Source: an uncultured Clostridia bacterium
Lineage (GTDB): Bacteria; Bacillota; Clostridia; Oscillospirales; Acutalibacteraceae
DNA length: 64,000 nucleotides
Direction of reading: 5' to 3'
Assembly: GCA_937916395.1 (NCBI GenBank)
Contig: CALFTN010000068.1
Coordinates: 6,373 to 70,372, forward strand
In this document: positions 37,001 through 46,194 of the stretch, in pieces
Position numbering within the stretch: position 1 is the first letter of the stretch
Layout of the letters: every line of letters begins with the position of its first letter
Made by a program: the position numbers and the translations under genes
Notes under the pieces: model-generated
What the model saw: only the letters and a program-made list of their open reading frames with translations
The model's database searches: none
What the model was told of the DNA's origin: nothing

Positions 37001-37595
37001 CAAGCTCGGTTAAAATATCACGAAGGCGAAGAAGATTTTCTTCCGCCTGGTCAAGACGACGCATAGCGTCAGCACGACGGTATCTGTAATGTGAAATACC
37101 TGCCGCTTCTTCAAGCATATCTCTGCGCTCTTCACTTTTGCCTGAAATAAGAGTTTCAATCTTACCCTGGCTTACCATTGAATAGCCATCTCTACCAAGA
37201 CCAGTATCCATAAATAATTCGTGGATATCTTTAAGTCTTGATGGTTGACCATTTATTTTATATTCACTTTCACCAGAACGATAATATCTTCTTGTAACAT
37301 TTACCTCATCATTATCGTTATTAAGTGTTCTGTCAGTATTATCTAATTTAAGAGTAACCTCTGCAAAGCCTACTGCACGACGAGCATCTGTACCACTAAA
37401 AATAACGTCTTCCATTTTTGAACCACGAAGATTTTTAGTGCTCTGCTCACCTAAAACCCAACGCATAGCGTCAGAAATATTACTCTTACCGCTACCGTTA
37501 GGGCCAACTACTGCTGTTATGCCTTTTCCAAATTCAAGTAAAGTCTTGTCCGGAAAGGATTTGAAGCCTTGCAATTCAATTGCTTTCAAATACAT
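34023..37595 (-). CDS. smc: chromosome segregation protein SMC
   Basis: 1190 aa. N-terminal Walker A GPNGSGKSN, long coiled coils with a hinge, C-terminal LSGGEK signature and Walker B. Confidence 0.97.
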   Translation of the reverse strand: MYLKAIELQGFKSFPDKTLLEFGKGITAVVGPNGSGKSNISDAMRWVLGEQSTKNLRGSKMEDVIFSGTDARRAVGFAEVTLKLDNTDRTLNNDNDEVNVTRRYYRSGESEYKINGQPSRLKDIHELFMDTGLGRDGYSMVSQGKIETLISGKSEERRDMLEEAAGISHYRYRRADAMRRLDQAEENLLRLRDILTELETRVGPLKAQKEKAEKFLEYSEEKKTLDIGLCLHTLEKTKNTLREQEKKITIAETQYTDVCHVLEDAAKKIDNAIYETQRITIEVDEIHRASSQLEEQAALIESQALVHENSILHNKEAIERIERDKENENETEAEINEQIASTNLAIKLLESAIKTKEEELQEFSNEIELITSKNTESAAESVELSEKVSALSLSIADKRVLVSTAASSIEEIDNRIKVIDEAEAQRKPILDELEKAKNEAQEELNKVTEKNNDLNNSLSGIELLAEKRLQKLNALKENENSLRNDLHIKNSRVAMLTDLEKNMEGYQGSVKAVMREVKHNVLKGIHAPVSQIISVKDKYALAVETALGAAIQNIITDTENDAKKAINFLKESKAGRATFLPLTSVKGNELSEKGLDDCYGYINLASELVEYDSKYKGVITSLLGRTVVSEDLDSAVEIAKKYSYKFKVVTLDGQVVNAGGSMTGGARLQNAGILSRANQIEKLTAECKELEEKLELAVKDVAEQQENYSSLWAELEGCKAEIAFTGEEKIRMEGVLALKKGQLEAILNSKNEADEEKENLIKRKTYIKDNAKSAEEELTKLQEELSSVENKLSVLTGDRESLLLKREEVTQKASEINLLIATNEKEIEAKNEEIARLKGRSTSHKDRLSQLNSEIEEIEKKNEELTKLIDVLREDAGKLRSQSGTSKADTENLIKKREEFEKISSELRILEREKTEEREKLSGEIARLTERKESMSQELENISNRLYEEYELTRREAEELNIEIEDVSEARKRLNELKAKIKGLGSVNLSAIEEYSEVSERYEFMHVQVNDVEKSKAELIKLIQELTGKMGEQFRTEFNKININFGETFSELFGGGKASLVLSDELDVLESDIEIKVQPPGKNVQNISLLSGGEKGLSAIALLFAILKVNPCPFCIFDEVEAALDDVNVAKYASYVRRMTDDTQFILITHRRGTMEEADMLYGVTMQEKGVSKLLELKTAEMAKQLGLEE

Positions 37596-38611
37596 TTTGT
37601 ATTCTCCGTTTCAATTTCGTACTTTTCCAATTCATTTTTGCCTTTAATAGTAACTTTAAATCCATCACTCAAAAGGCAAGCTTTATTTTTACCTTTTTGA
37701 CCTGTTGCTTTTGAAATTTCTTTCTCGTTTACATATATTGTAACATTTTTAATTTCTGAATTGTTATCGTTTTTGTAAATTTCAAAAAGTTTTTTTCTTA
37801 TTTTCTTCAAGTAAATTTCACTTTCACAAAGCTCACCAAAAGCTGGGTGATATGGTCCACTTAAATAGCCGTCGTCTACATTCCCACCTGAATGAAGACC
37901 TAAACGGATAACCTTTATGTTGTTGTCATAAAACATTTCTAAAAGCTCTGCACAAAGTGAAACAGTTTCTTCAAGTGTTGGTGAAACATATTCATCTTGT
38001 TTTAAAAGCTCTGAAAGATGAGTATTTTCTAAAACTATTGTCGGATAAATTCTCACTGTATCAGGCTTTAATGCAATAATACTTTTTGCTGTTTCTATAT
38101 CTTTTTCTCTTGTGCTTTTATAAAGTCCGGTCATCATCTGAAGACCTAAAGAAAAACCGTGTTTTTTTATAAGTAAAGAAGCATTTTTCACATCATCTGC
38201 AGTATGACCACGTCTGTTACTTAAAAGCACTTCGTCATTCATACTTTGTGCCCCTAATTCTATTGCTGTAACTCTATATTCTTTAAGAAGTGTTAAAACA
38301 TTTTCATCAATAGCATCAGGTCTTGTGGAAATTCTGATACCACTAAAAGTACCATTTTCAATAAATGGCTTTGCCTCCTCTAAAAGAGAGAGCATATAGC
38401 TTCTGTCAATAGCAGTAAAGCTCCCACCAAAAAAAGCTATTTCAGTATTTTCACTTGACAAGCAATCATTCTTCGCTTTTTTTAGTGTTGCTCTTACTTC
38501 TTCTGTAGTCAGTTCTTTTACCGAACCAGAAATTGTCTTTTGATTACAGAATGAGCATTGGTTGGGGCAACCAGCGTGTGGTACAAAAAGCGAAATATTA
38601 GCGTGCTTCAT
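37586..38611 (-). CDS. radical SAM protein (ELP3/HemN-like family)
   Basis: CPNQCSFC (C-x3-C-x2-C) near the N-terminus. Start taken at ATG 38611. Confidence 0.8.
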   Translation of the reverse strand: MKHANISLFVPHAGCPNQCSFCNQKTISGSVKELTTEEVRATLKKAKNDCLSSENTEIAFFGGSFTAIDRSYMLSLLEEAKPFIENGTFSGIRISTRPDAIDENVLTLLKEYRVTAIELGAQSMNDEVLLSNRRGHTADDVKNASLLIKKHGFSLGLQMMTGLYKSTREKDIETAKSIIALKPDTVRIYPTIVLENTHLSELLKQDEYVSPTLEETVSLCAELLEMFYDNNIKVIRLGLHSGGNVDDGYLSGPYHPAFGELCESEIYLKKIRKKLFEIYKNDNNSEIKNVTIYVNEKEISKATGQKGKNKACLLSDGFKVTIKGKNELEKYEIETENTKCI

Positions 38612-39287
38612 TGTGAATTTTCTCAAGTGCAGCACCTGCTGCATTCTGCTCTGCTTCTTTTTTACTTTTACCTTTGCCCTCGCCTATTACTTCACCATTT
38701 AATTTAACCTTAAAAACGAAGGTTTTATCGTGGTCAGGACCTTCTTCGCCCACTTCTTCATAAGTTAAAGTATTGCCCTTAACCTTCTGGATTTCTTCTT
38801 GCAAAAGAGATTTGTTATCTTTAAAGCTAGCCTCTCTTTTTACTGCATCCTTTATAAATCGCAAAATATACGGTTTTACAGCTTTCATTCCACCATCAAG
38901 GTAAATAGCGGCAACAACCGCTTCAAAAGCATCTGATACAACTGACGGACGATTTCTGCCACCAGTGCTTTCTTCGCCACGCCCCAAAAGAATATATTTG
39001 CCTAAATCTATCTGCTCAGAGAATTTAAAAAGTGATTTCTCACACACTACAGCCGCACGAAGCTTTGTCATTTCACCTTCAGGGCGGTTTTTATATTCAG
39101 AGAAAAGATATTCGGCTGTAACGAAGCCTAAAACAGAATCGCCTAAGAATTCGAAACGCTCGTTATTCTTTTTCAATTTATTTTCGTTAGCGAAAGACGA
39201 ATGTGTAAGCGCTAATTCTAAAAGACTTTTATCTTTGAAAGAATAACCTAATTTTTCTTCAAATTCAGAGAAATTCATCCTTTTCAC
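38598..39287 (-). CDS. rnc: ribonuclease III
   Basis: ERFEFLGDSVL catalytic signature and a C-terminal dsRBD. Confidence 0.95.
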   Translation of the reverse strand: MKRMNFSEFEEKLGYSFKDKSLLELALTHSSFANENKLKKNNERFEFLGDSVLGFVTAEYLFSEYKNRPEGEMTKLRAAVVCEKSLFKFSEQIDLGKYILLGRGEESTGGRNRPSVVSDAFEAVVAAIYLDGGMKAVKPYILRFIKDAVKREASFKDNKSLLQEEIQKVKGNTLTYEEVGEEGPDHDKTFVFKVKLNGEVIGEGKGKSKKEAEQNAAGAALEKIHNEAR

Positions 39288-40594
39288 CTCAAATCAAGTG
39301 TGTCAAAATAATATAAACTACGCTTTGCGAGCGCCTCGTAGCGTTCTTTTTTATCTCTTATTTTTTCTTCCAATGGAGTAACTATCCCAAATGCGGCACC
39401 CATTGGTTGAAAGTTTTTAACAGTTTCATCTGAAATATATTGCGTCAATGCACCAAGCATTGTAATTTTAGGAAGAACAAGCTTTTCTTTGCCCAATATT
39501 TTCTGAGCAAGGTTATATCCTGCTAAAATGCCTGATGCTGCTGATTCCATATAACCCTCAACACCAGAAATCTGACCAGCAAAGTATATTCTGTTTTCTT
39601 TCTTTAAGCTGAAATCATTATCTAAAAGCTGTGGAGAGTTTATAAAAGTGTTTCTGTGCATTACGCCATATCTGACAAACTCTGCATTTTTAAGGGCAGG
39701 AAACATTGAAAAAACTCGTTTTTGTTCTGGAAATTTAAGATTCGTCTGAAACCCTACTAAATTATACATAGTGCCATCGACATTTTCTTTTCTGAGCTGA
39801 AGATTTGCCCACGGACGATGACCTGTTGCAGGATTAACTAGCCCAACAGGCTTCAAAGGACCATAACGCATAGTATCCTTACCACGTGAAGCCAAAACCT
39901 CAATTGGCATACAACCCTCGTAAACATCCTTTTTCTTATCAAAAGAATGAAGCTCTGCACTTTCAGCATTTATGATTGCTTCATAAAAAGCTTCATATTC
40001 TTCTTTATTTAACGGACAGTTTATATAATCTGTTTCACCACCACGGTCATAACGTGACTGGGTAAAGGCATTTTCCATATCAATACTGTCAGCAGTAACA
40101 ATAGGTGCTGCAGCATCATAAAATGAAAGAAAATCTTTTCCTAAAATTTTACCTATTTCTTTTGCTAAATCATCACTGACCAAGGGACCAGCAGCTATAA
40201 TTACATATCCATCCGGAATATTTTTAACTTCTTCCCTTACAACAGTTATATTTTCATTATTAAGAATATTTGCTGTTATTAGCGATGAAAAAACATCTCT
40301 GTCAACAGCAAGGGCACCACCTGCAGGAACCTTTGCTTTATCTGCTGCATCAAGGCACACAGAACCAAAACGACGCATTTCTTCTTTTAAAAGACCTGCC
40401 GCAGAGCCGATTCTTTCAGCCTTTAATGAATTCGAGCAAACAAGCTCAGCTAAATTTTCACTTTTATGTGCCGGAGAATATTTTTGTGGCTTCATTTCGA
40501 AAAGCGTTACCTTTATTCCCCTTTTAGCCAATTGGTTTGCCGCTTCAACACCAGCAAGTCCACCGCCGATAACTGTTACTTTTTTATCACTCAT
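39284..40594 (-). CDS. trmFO: methylenetetrahydrofolate--tRNA-(uracil-5-)-methyltransferase TrmFO
   Basis: VIGGGLAGVEAA FAD motif, ~435 aa, conserved position next to topA. Start at ATG 40594. Confidence 0.93.
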   Translation of the reverse strand: MSDKKVTVIGGGLAGVEAANQLAKRGIKVTLFEMKPQKYSPAHKSENLAELVCSNSLKAERIGSAAGLLKEEMRRFGSVCLDAADKAKVPAGGALAVDRDVFSSLITANILNNENITVVREEVKNIPDGYVIIAAGPLVSDDLAKEIGKILGKDFLSFYDAAAPIVTADSIDMENAFTQSRYDRGGETDYINCPLNKEEYEAFYEAIINAESAELHSFDKKKDVYEGCMPIEVLASRGKDTMRYGPLKPVGLVNPATGHRPWANLQLRKENVDGTMYNLVGFQTNLKFPEQKRVFSMFPALKNAEFVRYGVMHRNTFINSPQLLDNDFSLKKENRIYFAGQISGVEGYMESAASGILAGYNLAQKILGKEKLVLPKITMLGALTQYISDETVKNFQPMGAAFGIVTPLEEKIRDKKERYEALAKRSLYYFDTLDLR

Positions 40595-42710
40595 CGCTAT
40601 CTTCCTGTGATTTTTTCGCATTTTTTCTTGGTGCTTTAAAAGAATAACCACATTCCTCATTAGAGCAAGTAATTATACCACCCTTACCTTTAAAGAGTGA
40701 TTTGCCACATTTAGGGCAATTTTCGCCTGTTGGCTTATCCCAAGTCATAAAATTACATTCAGGATAATTACTGCAACCAAAGAATTGATAACCTTTTTTA
40801 GATTTTTTACCGATAACATTACCACCGCAACGTGGGCAGGTAGCAGTTGTTTCTTCTACAAGTGGCTTGGTTGTTTTACATTCAGGGTAACCAGGGCACG
40901 CAAGGAACTTACCAAAACGACCACTTTTTACAACCATATTTCTGCCACATTTTTCACATTTTACATCTGTTATATCTTCTTGCAACTGAATTTTCTGACC
41001 TTGCATTTCATCCTTTGCTTTAGAAAGTGTTTCTTCAAGGTCATCATAGAATTCACGAAGCATTTCTACATAGTTACATTCACCGTTATCAATTTCGTCA
41101 AGCTTTGCTTCCATTGATGCAGTAAATTTTGTATTAACAAATTTAGGGAAACGTTCTTTTAATAAATCAGTTGTAACCTTACCTAATTCAGTATTTTTAA
41201 GAACCTTGCCCTCACGCTTGATATATTCACGTTTAATTATTGTACTCACAATAGAAGCGTAAGTACTAGGTCTGCCGACACCAGTTTCTTCGAGTGTTTT
41301 AATAAGAGAAGCTTCTGTGAAGTGTGCTGGTGGTTGGGTAAAGTGCTGATTGCCCTTGAGCTCTTTAAGCTTAGGGGTGTCTCCAATCTTAATTTCAGGA
41401 AGAACACTTTCCTTTTCTTCATCTTCTGAAAATTCTTCGTAAAGAACTGTAAATCCATCAAATTTCACAGAATAACCACTTGCAGAGAAAATACAGAACT
41501 CATTCAAATTCTCTTTTTTACTACCCTTTATTTCAATTTTAACAGTTGCCTGCTCGCAAGCAGCCATTAAGCTTGCTACATATCTGCACCAGATTAAGTT
41601 ATATAATTTATACTGGTCATTTGAAAGACTGCTCTTTATTTTTGCAGGAGTTAAGCTAACATTTGCTGGACGAATTGCCTCGTGACCATCTTGCGCACCT
41701 GCACGAGTTTTAAAATATCTTGGCTTTTCTGGAAGATATTTATCGCCATAAGCTGATTTTACAAACTCTGCATGCGCCGCTCTTGCTTCTTCTGAAATAC
41801 GAAGTGAGTCAGTTCTCATATAAGTAATAAGACCTGTTGTGCCAAGCCCCTGCACATCAACACCTTCATAAAGCTCCTGTGCTATTTTCATTGTTTTCTG
41901 AGCTTGGAAATTTAATTTTCTTGAAGCTTCCTGTTGCATTGAAGAAGTGATAAATGGTGGCGCTGGTTGTTTCTTTCTTGTACCTTTTTTCACTGATTCA
42001 GTAACAAAATCAGCATTCTCTAAACGTGCTAAATATTTATCTGCTTCTTCTTTATTTTTAATTTCAACTTTACCATTTTCGTCAGAAGTAAGAGATGCAG
42101 AGAATGTTTTTCTTTCCGCTACAAATTTCGCATCAATTGACCAATATTCTTCTGGATTGAACTTTGCAATTTCTTCTTCTCTGTCAACTATAAGTCGAAC
42201 TGCAACACTCTGCACACGACCAGCAGAAAGACCACGTCTGATTTTTTGTGAAATAAACGGACTGAGTCTGTAACCTACTAATCTGTCTAAAATTCTACGT
42301 GCTTGTTGAGCATCAACAAGACCCATATCTACAGACTCTGGATTATTAATTCCTCTTTTAACACTTGTTTCGTTAATTTCATTAAATTTAACTCGGTTTT
42401 TCTCGTTTAAATCAAGACCTAAAATTGTAGCAAGATGCCAAGAAATTGCTTCTCCTTCACGGTCAGGGTCAGTTGCGAGATAAACTTTTTCGCTTTTTTC
42501 AACCTGAGCCTTTAATTCCTTTACAAGTTTTTCTTTATTCTTAATAATAGCATATTTAGGTGTAAAATCATTCTTTACATCAACACTTAATTTTGCTGCT
42601 GGTAAATCTCTTACGTGACCCATTGAAGCTGTAACTTCAAAATCTTTACCTAAATATTTTTTTATTGTTTTAGCCTTTGCAGGCGACTCCACTATAACAA
42701 GCTTGGACAT
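40587..42710 (-). CDS. topA: DNA topoisomerase I
   Basis: Toprim N-terminus (LVIVESPAKAKTI), active-site region, and C-terminal CxxC zinc ribbons. Confidence 0.97.
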   Translation of the reverse strand: MSKLVIVESPAKAKTIKKYLGKDFEVTASMGHVRDLPAAKLSVDVKNDFTPKYAIIKNKEKLVKELKAQVEKSEKVYLATDPDREGEAISWHLATILGLDLNEKNRVKFNEINETSVKRGINNPESVDMGLVDAQQARRILDRLVGYRLSPFISQKIRRGLSAGRVQSVAVRLIVDREEEIAKFNPEEYWSIDAKFVAERKTFSASLTSDENGKVEIKNKEEADKYLARLENADFVTESVKKGTRKKQPAPPFITSSMQQEASRKLNFQAQKTMKIAQELYEGVDVQGLGTTGLITYMRTDSLRISEEARAAHAEFVKSAYGDKYLPEKPRYFKTRAGAQDGHEAIRPANVSLTPAKIKSSLSNDQYKLYNLIWCRYVASLMAACEQATVKIEIKGSKKENLNEFCIFSASGYSVKFDGFTVLYEEFSEDEEKESVLPEIKIGDTPKLKELKGNQHFTQPPAHFTEASLIKTLEETGVGRPSTYASIVSTIIKREYIKREGKVLKNTELGKVTTDLLKERFPKFVNTKFTASMEAKLDEIDNGECNYVEMLREFYDDLEETLSKAKDEMQGQKIQLQEDITDVKCEKCGRNMVVKSGRFGKFLACPGYPECKTTKPLVEETTATCPRCGGNVIGKKSKKGYQFFGCSNYPECNFMTWDKPTGENCPKCGKSLFKGKGGIITCSNEECGYSFKAPRKNAKKSQEDSDE

Positions 42711-42723
42711 TATGTTATTCCTT

Positions 42724-43941
42724 TCAGATTTTGTATTTTTTACCTTCTACACTTTCAACTTCACCCATTAATTCAAGCTCGGTAAGCGCTGAAAGCACAT
42801 CACTCATTTTTAAAGCAGTCTGCCTTAATATATCATCAACATGAGTAGGATTTTCGTTTAAAACAGAATAGACTTTTTTAGCATCCATAGAAAAAGAATC
42901 GTCTAATTCCTTTTTTTCTTTTACTTTAATTGGCATCTTTGCCTTTTCACTTTCTTTTTTTACTACAGAATCCTGAGATACTTCCTTTTTAGACTTTTTT
43001 CTATATTCAACATAAGGAATCTGTGAAAGTGAAATTTCTGCCTTACTAAAATCTATTAAATCTGCATAAAGATATTCATATTCTGAGAGAATATCCATAG
43101 CAGAAAAAACAGGCTTTGCACCATTTTTAATTAAATGGTTTGCTCCATCAAACGAAGAACGAACTATATCACCCGGCACTGCAAAAACATCTTTGCCTTG
43201 CTCTAAAGCAAAATTTGCAGTAATCAACGAACCACTTTTGATACCAGCTTCAATAACTAAAGTACCTAAAGTAAGCCCTGAAATAAGACGATTTCTTATA
43301 GGAAAAGTCGTTCTCGATGCAGGAACAAAAGGTGCAAATTCAGACACTACTGCACCATATTTTGTAATAGCACGTCTTAAAGGAGCATTTTCTTTTAAAT
43401 AATCAAATGATAACCCACAGCCTAAAAATGCAACCGTTCTTCCTTTGGCAAGCATTGCACCTGCGTGTGCTTCACTGTCAATTCCCAAAGCTCCACCACT
43501 TACAATAGTAACACCACAAGAAGCCAGGGCGTATGAAAGCTTTTGTGCCGTTTCGATTCCGTAGTTGCTTGCGTTTCTTGTTCCAACTACGCCTATAGAA
43601 ACAGTATCCTTTAAAACAGATATATCCCCTAAAGCGAAAAGTACTAATGGCATATCACGAAGCTGTTTAAATCGCTCAGGGTAATTAACATTATCTGGTG
43701 TAATAATTGAATAGCCCTTCGCTTTACACTCGCGAAAAATACCACCTGTTTCAGACGGACTCATACTTTTTAGTGAATTTATTTTCTTGTCAGTCAAAAG
43801 ACCAGACAAGCGCCATTCAGCTGAACCCGCATTATACATTTTTTCAGGGTCACCAAAATATGCTAATAACTCGTCGGTTTTAGCCCCAGCACCCAAGGCA
43901 CATTGAAGCCAAAGCCAATATTCAGTAGGGCAAACACTCAT
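42724..43941 (-). CDS. dprA: DNA-processing protein DprA
   Basis: VVGTRNASNYG Rossmann-like motif. ATG 43941 overlaps the upstream stop. Confidence 0.9.
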   Translation of the reverse strand: MSVCPTEYWLWLQCALGAGAKTDELLAYFGDPEKMYNAGSAEWRLSGLLTDKKINSLKSMSPSETGGIFRECKAKGYSIITPDNVNYPERFKQLRDMPLVLFALGDISVLKDTVSIGVVGTRNASNYGIETAQKLSYALASCGVTIVSGGALGIDSEAHAGAMLAKGRTVAFLGCGLSFDYLKENAPLRRAITKYGAVVSEFAPFVPASRTTFPIRNRLISGLTLGTLVIEAGIKSGSLITANFALEQGKDVFAVPGDIVRSSFDGANHLIKNGAKPVFSAMDILSEYEYLYADLIDFSKAEISLSQIPYVEYRKKSKKEVSQDSVVKKESEKAKMPIKVKEKKELDDSFSMDAKKVYSVLNENPTHVDDILRQTALKMSDVLSALTELELMGEVESVEGKKYKI

Positions 43942-44723
43942 TATCTCATCATTTCCCACATAATTATCGTTGCAGCTGCTGCTGCATTCAATGACTCTGC
44001 ATAACCGTTCATAGGAATAGTAACAAGCTGTGAAATCTCTTTAACCTCTTCACTTATACCATTACCCTCATTACCAATTACGCATACCATTCCACGTGAT
44101 TTATCAATACTAGTAATTTTCTCGGCACAAGAATCAGGCACAGAGCCATAAACACTCATATCATTTGCCTTAAGCTCTGTTAAAAGTGATAATAAATCCT
44201 CAGTTACTACAACATCTAACCTGAAAAGCGCCCCCATAGCTGCACGAAGCACCTTTGGATTATAAATATCACAACCACCTTTAATTATTATGCCATTGAG
44301 ACCTACTGCTTCTGCAGTTCTGCAAATAGCACCAAAATTGGAAGGATTAGAAATCTCTTCCAATGCAACATATTTGCCATAGTATTTTATTTTACTTATA
44401 TTTGCAAATTTGTCAAGCATTGTAACTACCGCAAAAACACCCTGGGTGCTTTTTGTATCAGCTAATTTTTCAGAAATTTCTTCTGTAACAATAAACGATT
44501 TTTGAGCACTGTTCAAAGCGTCGTCAATATAAAGAGAATATTTTTCTTTTGCTTCTTCTGTTACAAAAATCATTCTGATTTCTACACCACTTAAAAAAGC
44601 ATCTTTTAAAAGCCTTGGACTCTCAATAAAAAAAGCATTTTCTTTTTTTCTGAAAGCTGAAGACTCACGTAATTTCACGGCATATTTAATTTTTTCGTTA
44701 GTTTTTGATGATATAAATTCCAT
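43941..44723 (-). CDS. TrmH/SpoU-family RNA 2'-O-methyltransferase
   Basis: SpoU substrate-binding N-domain and C-terminal VIGNEGNGIS..IPM..ESLNAA knot motifs. Confidence 0.85.
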   Translation of the reverse strand: MEFISSKTNEKIKYAVKLRESSAFRKKENAFFIESPRLLKDAFLSGVEIRMIFVTEEAKEKYSLYIDDALNSAQKSFIVTEEISEKLADTKSTQGVFAVVTMLDKFANISKIKYYGKYVALEEISNPSNFGAICRTAEAVGLNGIIIKGGCDIYNPKVLRAAMGALFRLDVVVTEDLLSLLTELKANDMSVYGSVPDSCAEKITSIDKSRGMVCVIGNEGNGISEEVKEISQLVTIPMNGYAESLNAAAAATIIMWEMMR

Positions 44724-44849
44724 TATTCTTTACCACTTTTTTGAATACAAAATTTATTTTATAGCACTTTATGAAATAAATTTCACACTCAAAATTCTAC
44801 AAATTGCACTAATTTCCCACTTAATTTTTACGCCCTTAATAAACGCCTA

Positions 44850-44877
44850 ACGCTCGGTCAGAAACCTGACCGAGCGT
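44850..44877 (-). terminator. terminator hairpin after rplT
   Basis: ACGCTCGGTCAG-aaac-CTGACCGAGCGT. Weak T-run on the minus strand. Confidence 0.6.
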
Positions 44878-44890
44878 ATAGATTAACTTA

Positions 44891-45244
44891 TTAAAGAGCT
44901 GCTTTTGCTTTTTCAACAAGTGCTGCAAAGCCCTGAGGGTCAGCAATAGCAATTTCTGAAAGCATCTTTCTGTTGAGGTCGATATTTGCTTTCTTAAGAC
45001 CGTTAATGAATGTTGAGTAATTGATACCATTCATTTTGCAAGCTGCAGAAATTCTTGCAATCCAAAGACGACGAAAATCTCTTTTCTTTTGCTTTCTGCC
45101 GATGTATGCGTAGTTACCGCTTTTCATAACAGCTTGTTTAGCTGTTTTAAATAATTTGCTCTTTGAGCCATAGTAGCCTTTTGCTAATTTAAGAACTTTA
45201 TTTCTTCTTTTGCGAGTCATTGTCGCACCTTTAATACGAGCCAT
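44891..45244 (-). CDS. rplT: 50S ribosomal protein L20
   Basis: [26 protein letters not shown] signature. Confidence 0.97.
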   Translation of the reverse strand: MARIKGATMTRKRRNKVLKLAKGYYGSKSKLFKTAKQAVMKSGNYAYIGRKQKKRDFRRLWIARISAACKMNGINYSTFINGLKKANIDLNRKMLSEIAIADPQGFAALVEKAKAAL

Positions 45245-45267
45245 TTAAATTTACCTCCGTTCTAATC

Positions 45268-45465
45268 TTATTTATAAGGAATAAGACGCTTGATTTGCTT
45301 TGTATTTGTAGCGTCTGCAACTGCTGTCTGACGAAGACCTCTTTTACGTTTTGTAGTCTTCTTTGTAAGAATGTGAGACTTATTTGCATGACCACGTACA
45401 GGTTTACCGTTTTTTGAAAGTTTGAAACGCTTTTTAGCGCCTGAATGTGTTTTAAGCTTTGGCAT
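45268..45465 (-). CDS. rpmI: 50S ribosomal protein L35
   Basis: [15 protein letters not shown] signature. Confidence 0.95.
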   Translation of the reverse strand: MPKLKTHSGAKKRFKLSKNGKPVRGHANKSHILTKKTTKRKRGLRQTAVADATNTKQIKRLIPYK

Positions 45466-45489
45466 AATTTTTCCTCCTTAATAATGCAA

Positions 45490-46008
45490 TCATTTAGTTG
45501 TCTTGGGTACAAGGAACATAAGCATTGAACGACCTTCAAGCTTTGCAGGTTTTTCAACTGTGCCAACTTCTGCACAAGCCTCTGCAAATCTATCCATAAT
45601 TCCGTTACCGTTCTCAGCATGTGCCATTTCTCTACCTCTGAAGCGAATAGAAACTTTAACTTTGTTTCCATCACTTAAAAAGCGTCTTGCATGGTTTGCT
45701 TTTGTGTTAAAATCGCCGACATCAATATTGAGAGATAAACGAACCTCTTTAACATCCATAACCTTCTGGTTTTTCTTCGCTTCTTTCTCGCGTTTTGCTT
45801 GTTCAAAGCGATATTTACCATAGTCCATAATTTTACACACAGGTGGATTTGCACCAGGTGCAATTTTTACAAGGTCGAGATTAGCTTTCTCTGCTAATTT
45901 AAGAGCTTCTTTAGCTGACATAACGCCAACTTGCTCACCTTCTGCAGAAATAACTCTTACTTCTTTATCTCTGATTTCTTCATTGATTTGGGTTGCTTCC
46001 TTGCTAAT
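45490..46008 (-). CDS. infC: translation initiation factor IF-3 (ATT start)
   Basis: The frame extends beyond the track Met as ISKEATQINEEIRDKEVRVISAEGEQVGVM. The ATT codon at 46006-46008 lies 7 nt after AGGAGGTG. 519 nt is a multiple of 3. Confidence 0.9.
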   Translation of the reverse strand: MSKEATQINEEIRDKEVRVISAEGEQVGVMSAKEALKLAEKANLDLVKIAPGANPPVCKIMDYGKYRFEQAKREKEAKKNQKVMDVKEVRLSLNIDVGDFNTKANHARRFLSDGNKVKVSIRFRGREMAHAENGNGIMDRFAEACAEVGTVEKPAKLEGRSMLMFLVPKTTK

Positions 46009-46190
46009 ACCAAAACACCTCCTGAAAAATTTAGCGTGAACGGTTTTCCGTTCACGCTAAAAGACATAACATTACTGTCAATAATCTAAAAGGTATTGTA
46101 CCAAACAATGCTCTCGTTTGGTGAGAACGGAAAAGTTCTGCTTTGTTTTGCTCAAATATAATAACAGTAAGTTCTCTTTTTGTCAATACC
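46009..46190 (-). promoter_or_regulatory. infC-rpmI-rplT leader with attenuator hairpin (L20-leader-like)
   Basis: Hairpin TTAGCGTGAACGG-NNNN-CCGTTCACGCTAA (46031-46060) followed by a T-run on the minus strand, immediately upstream of the infC RBS. Confidence 0.5.
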
Positions 46191-46194
46191 TTTT

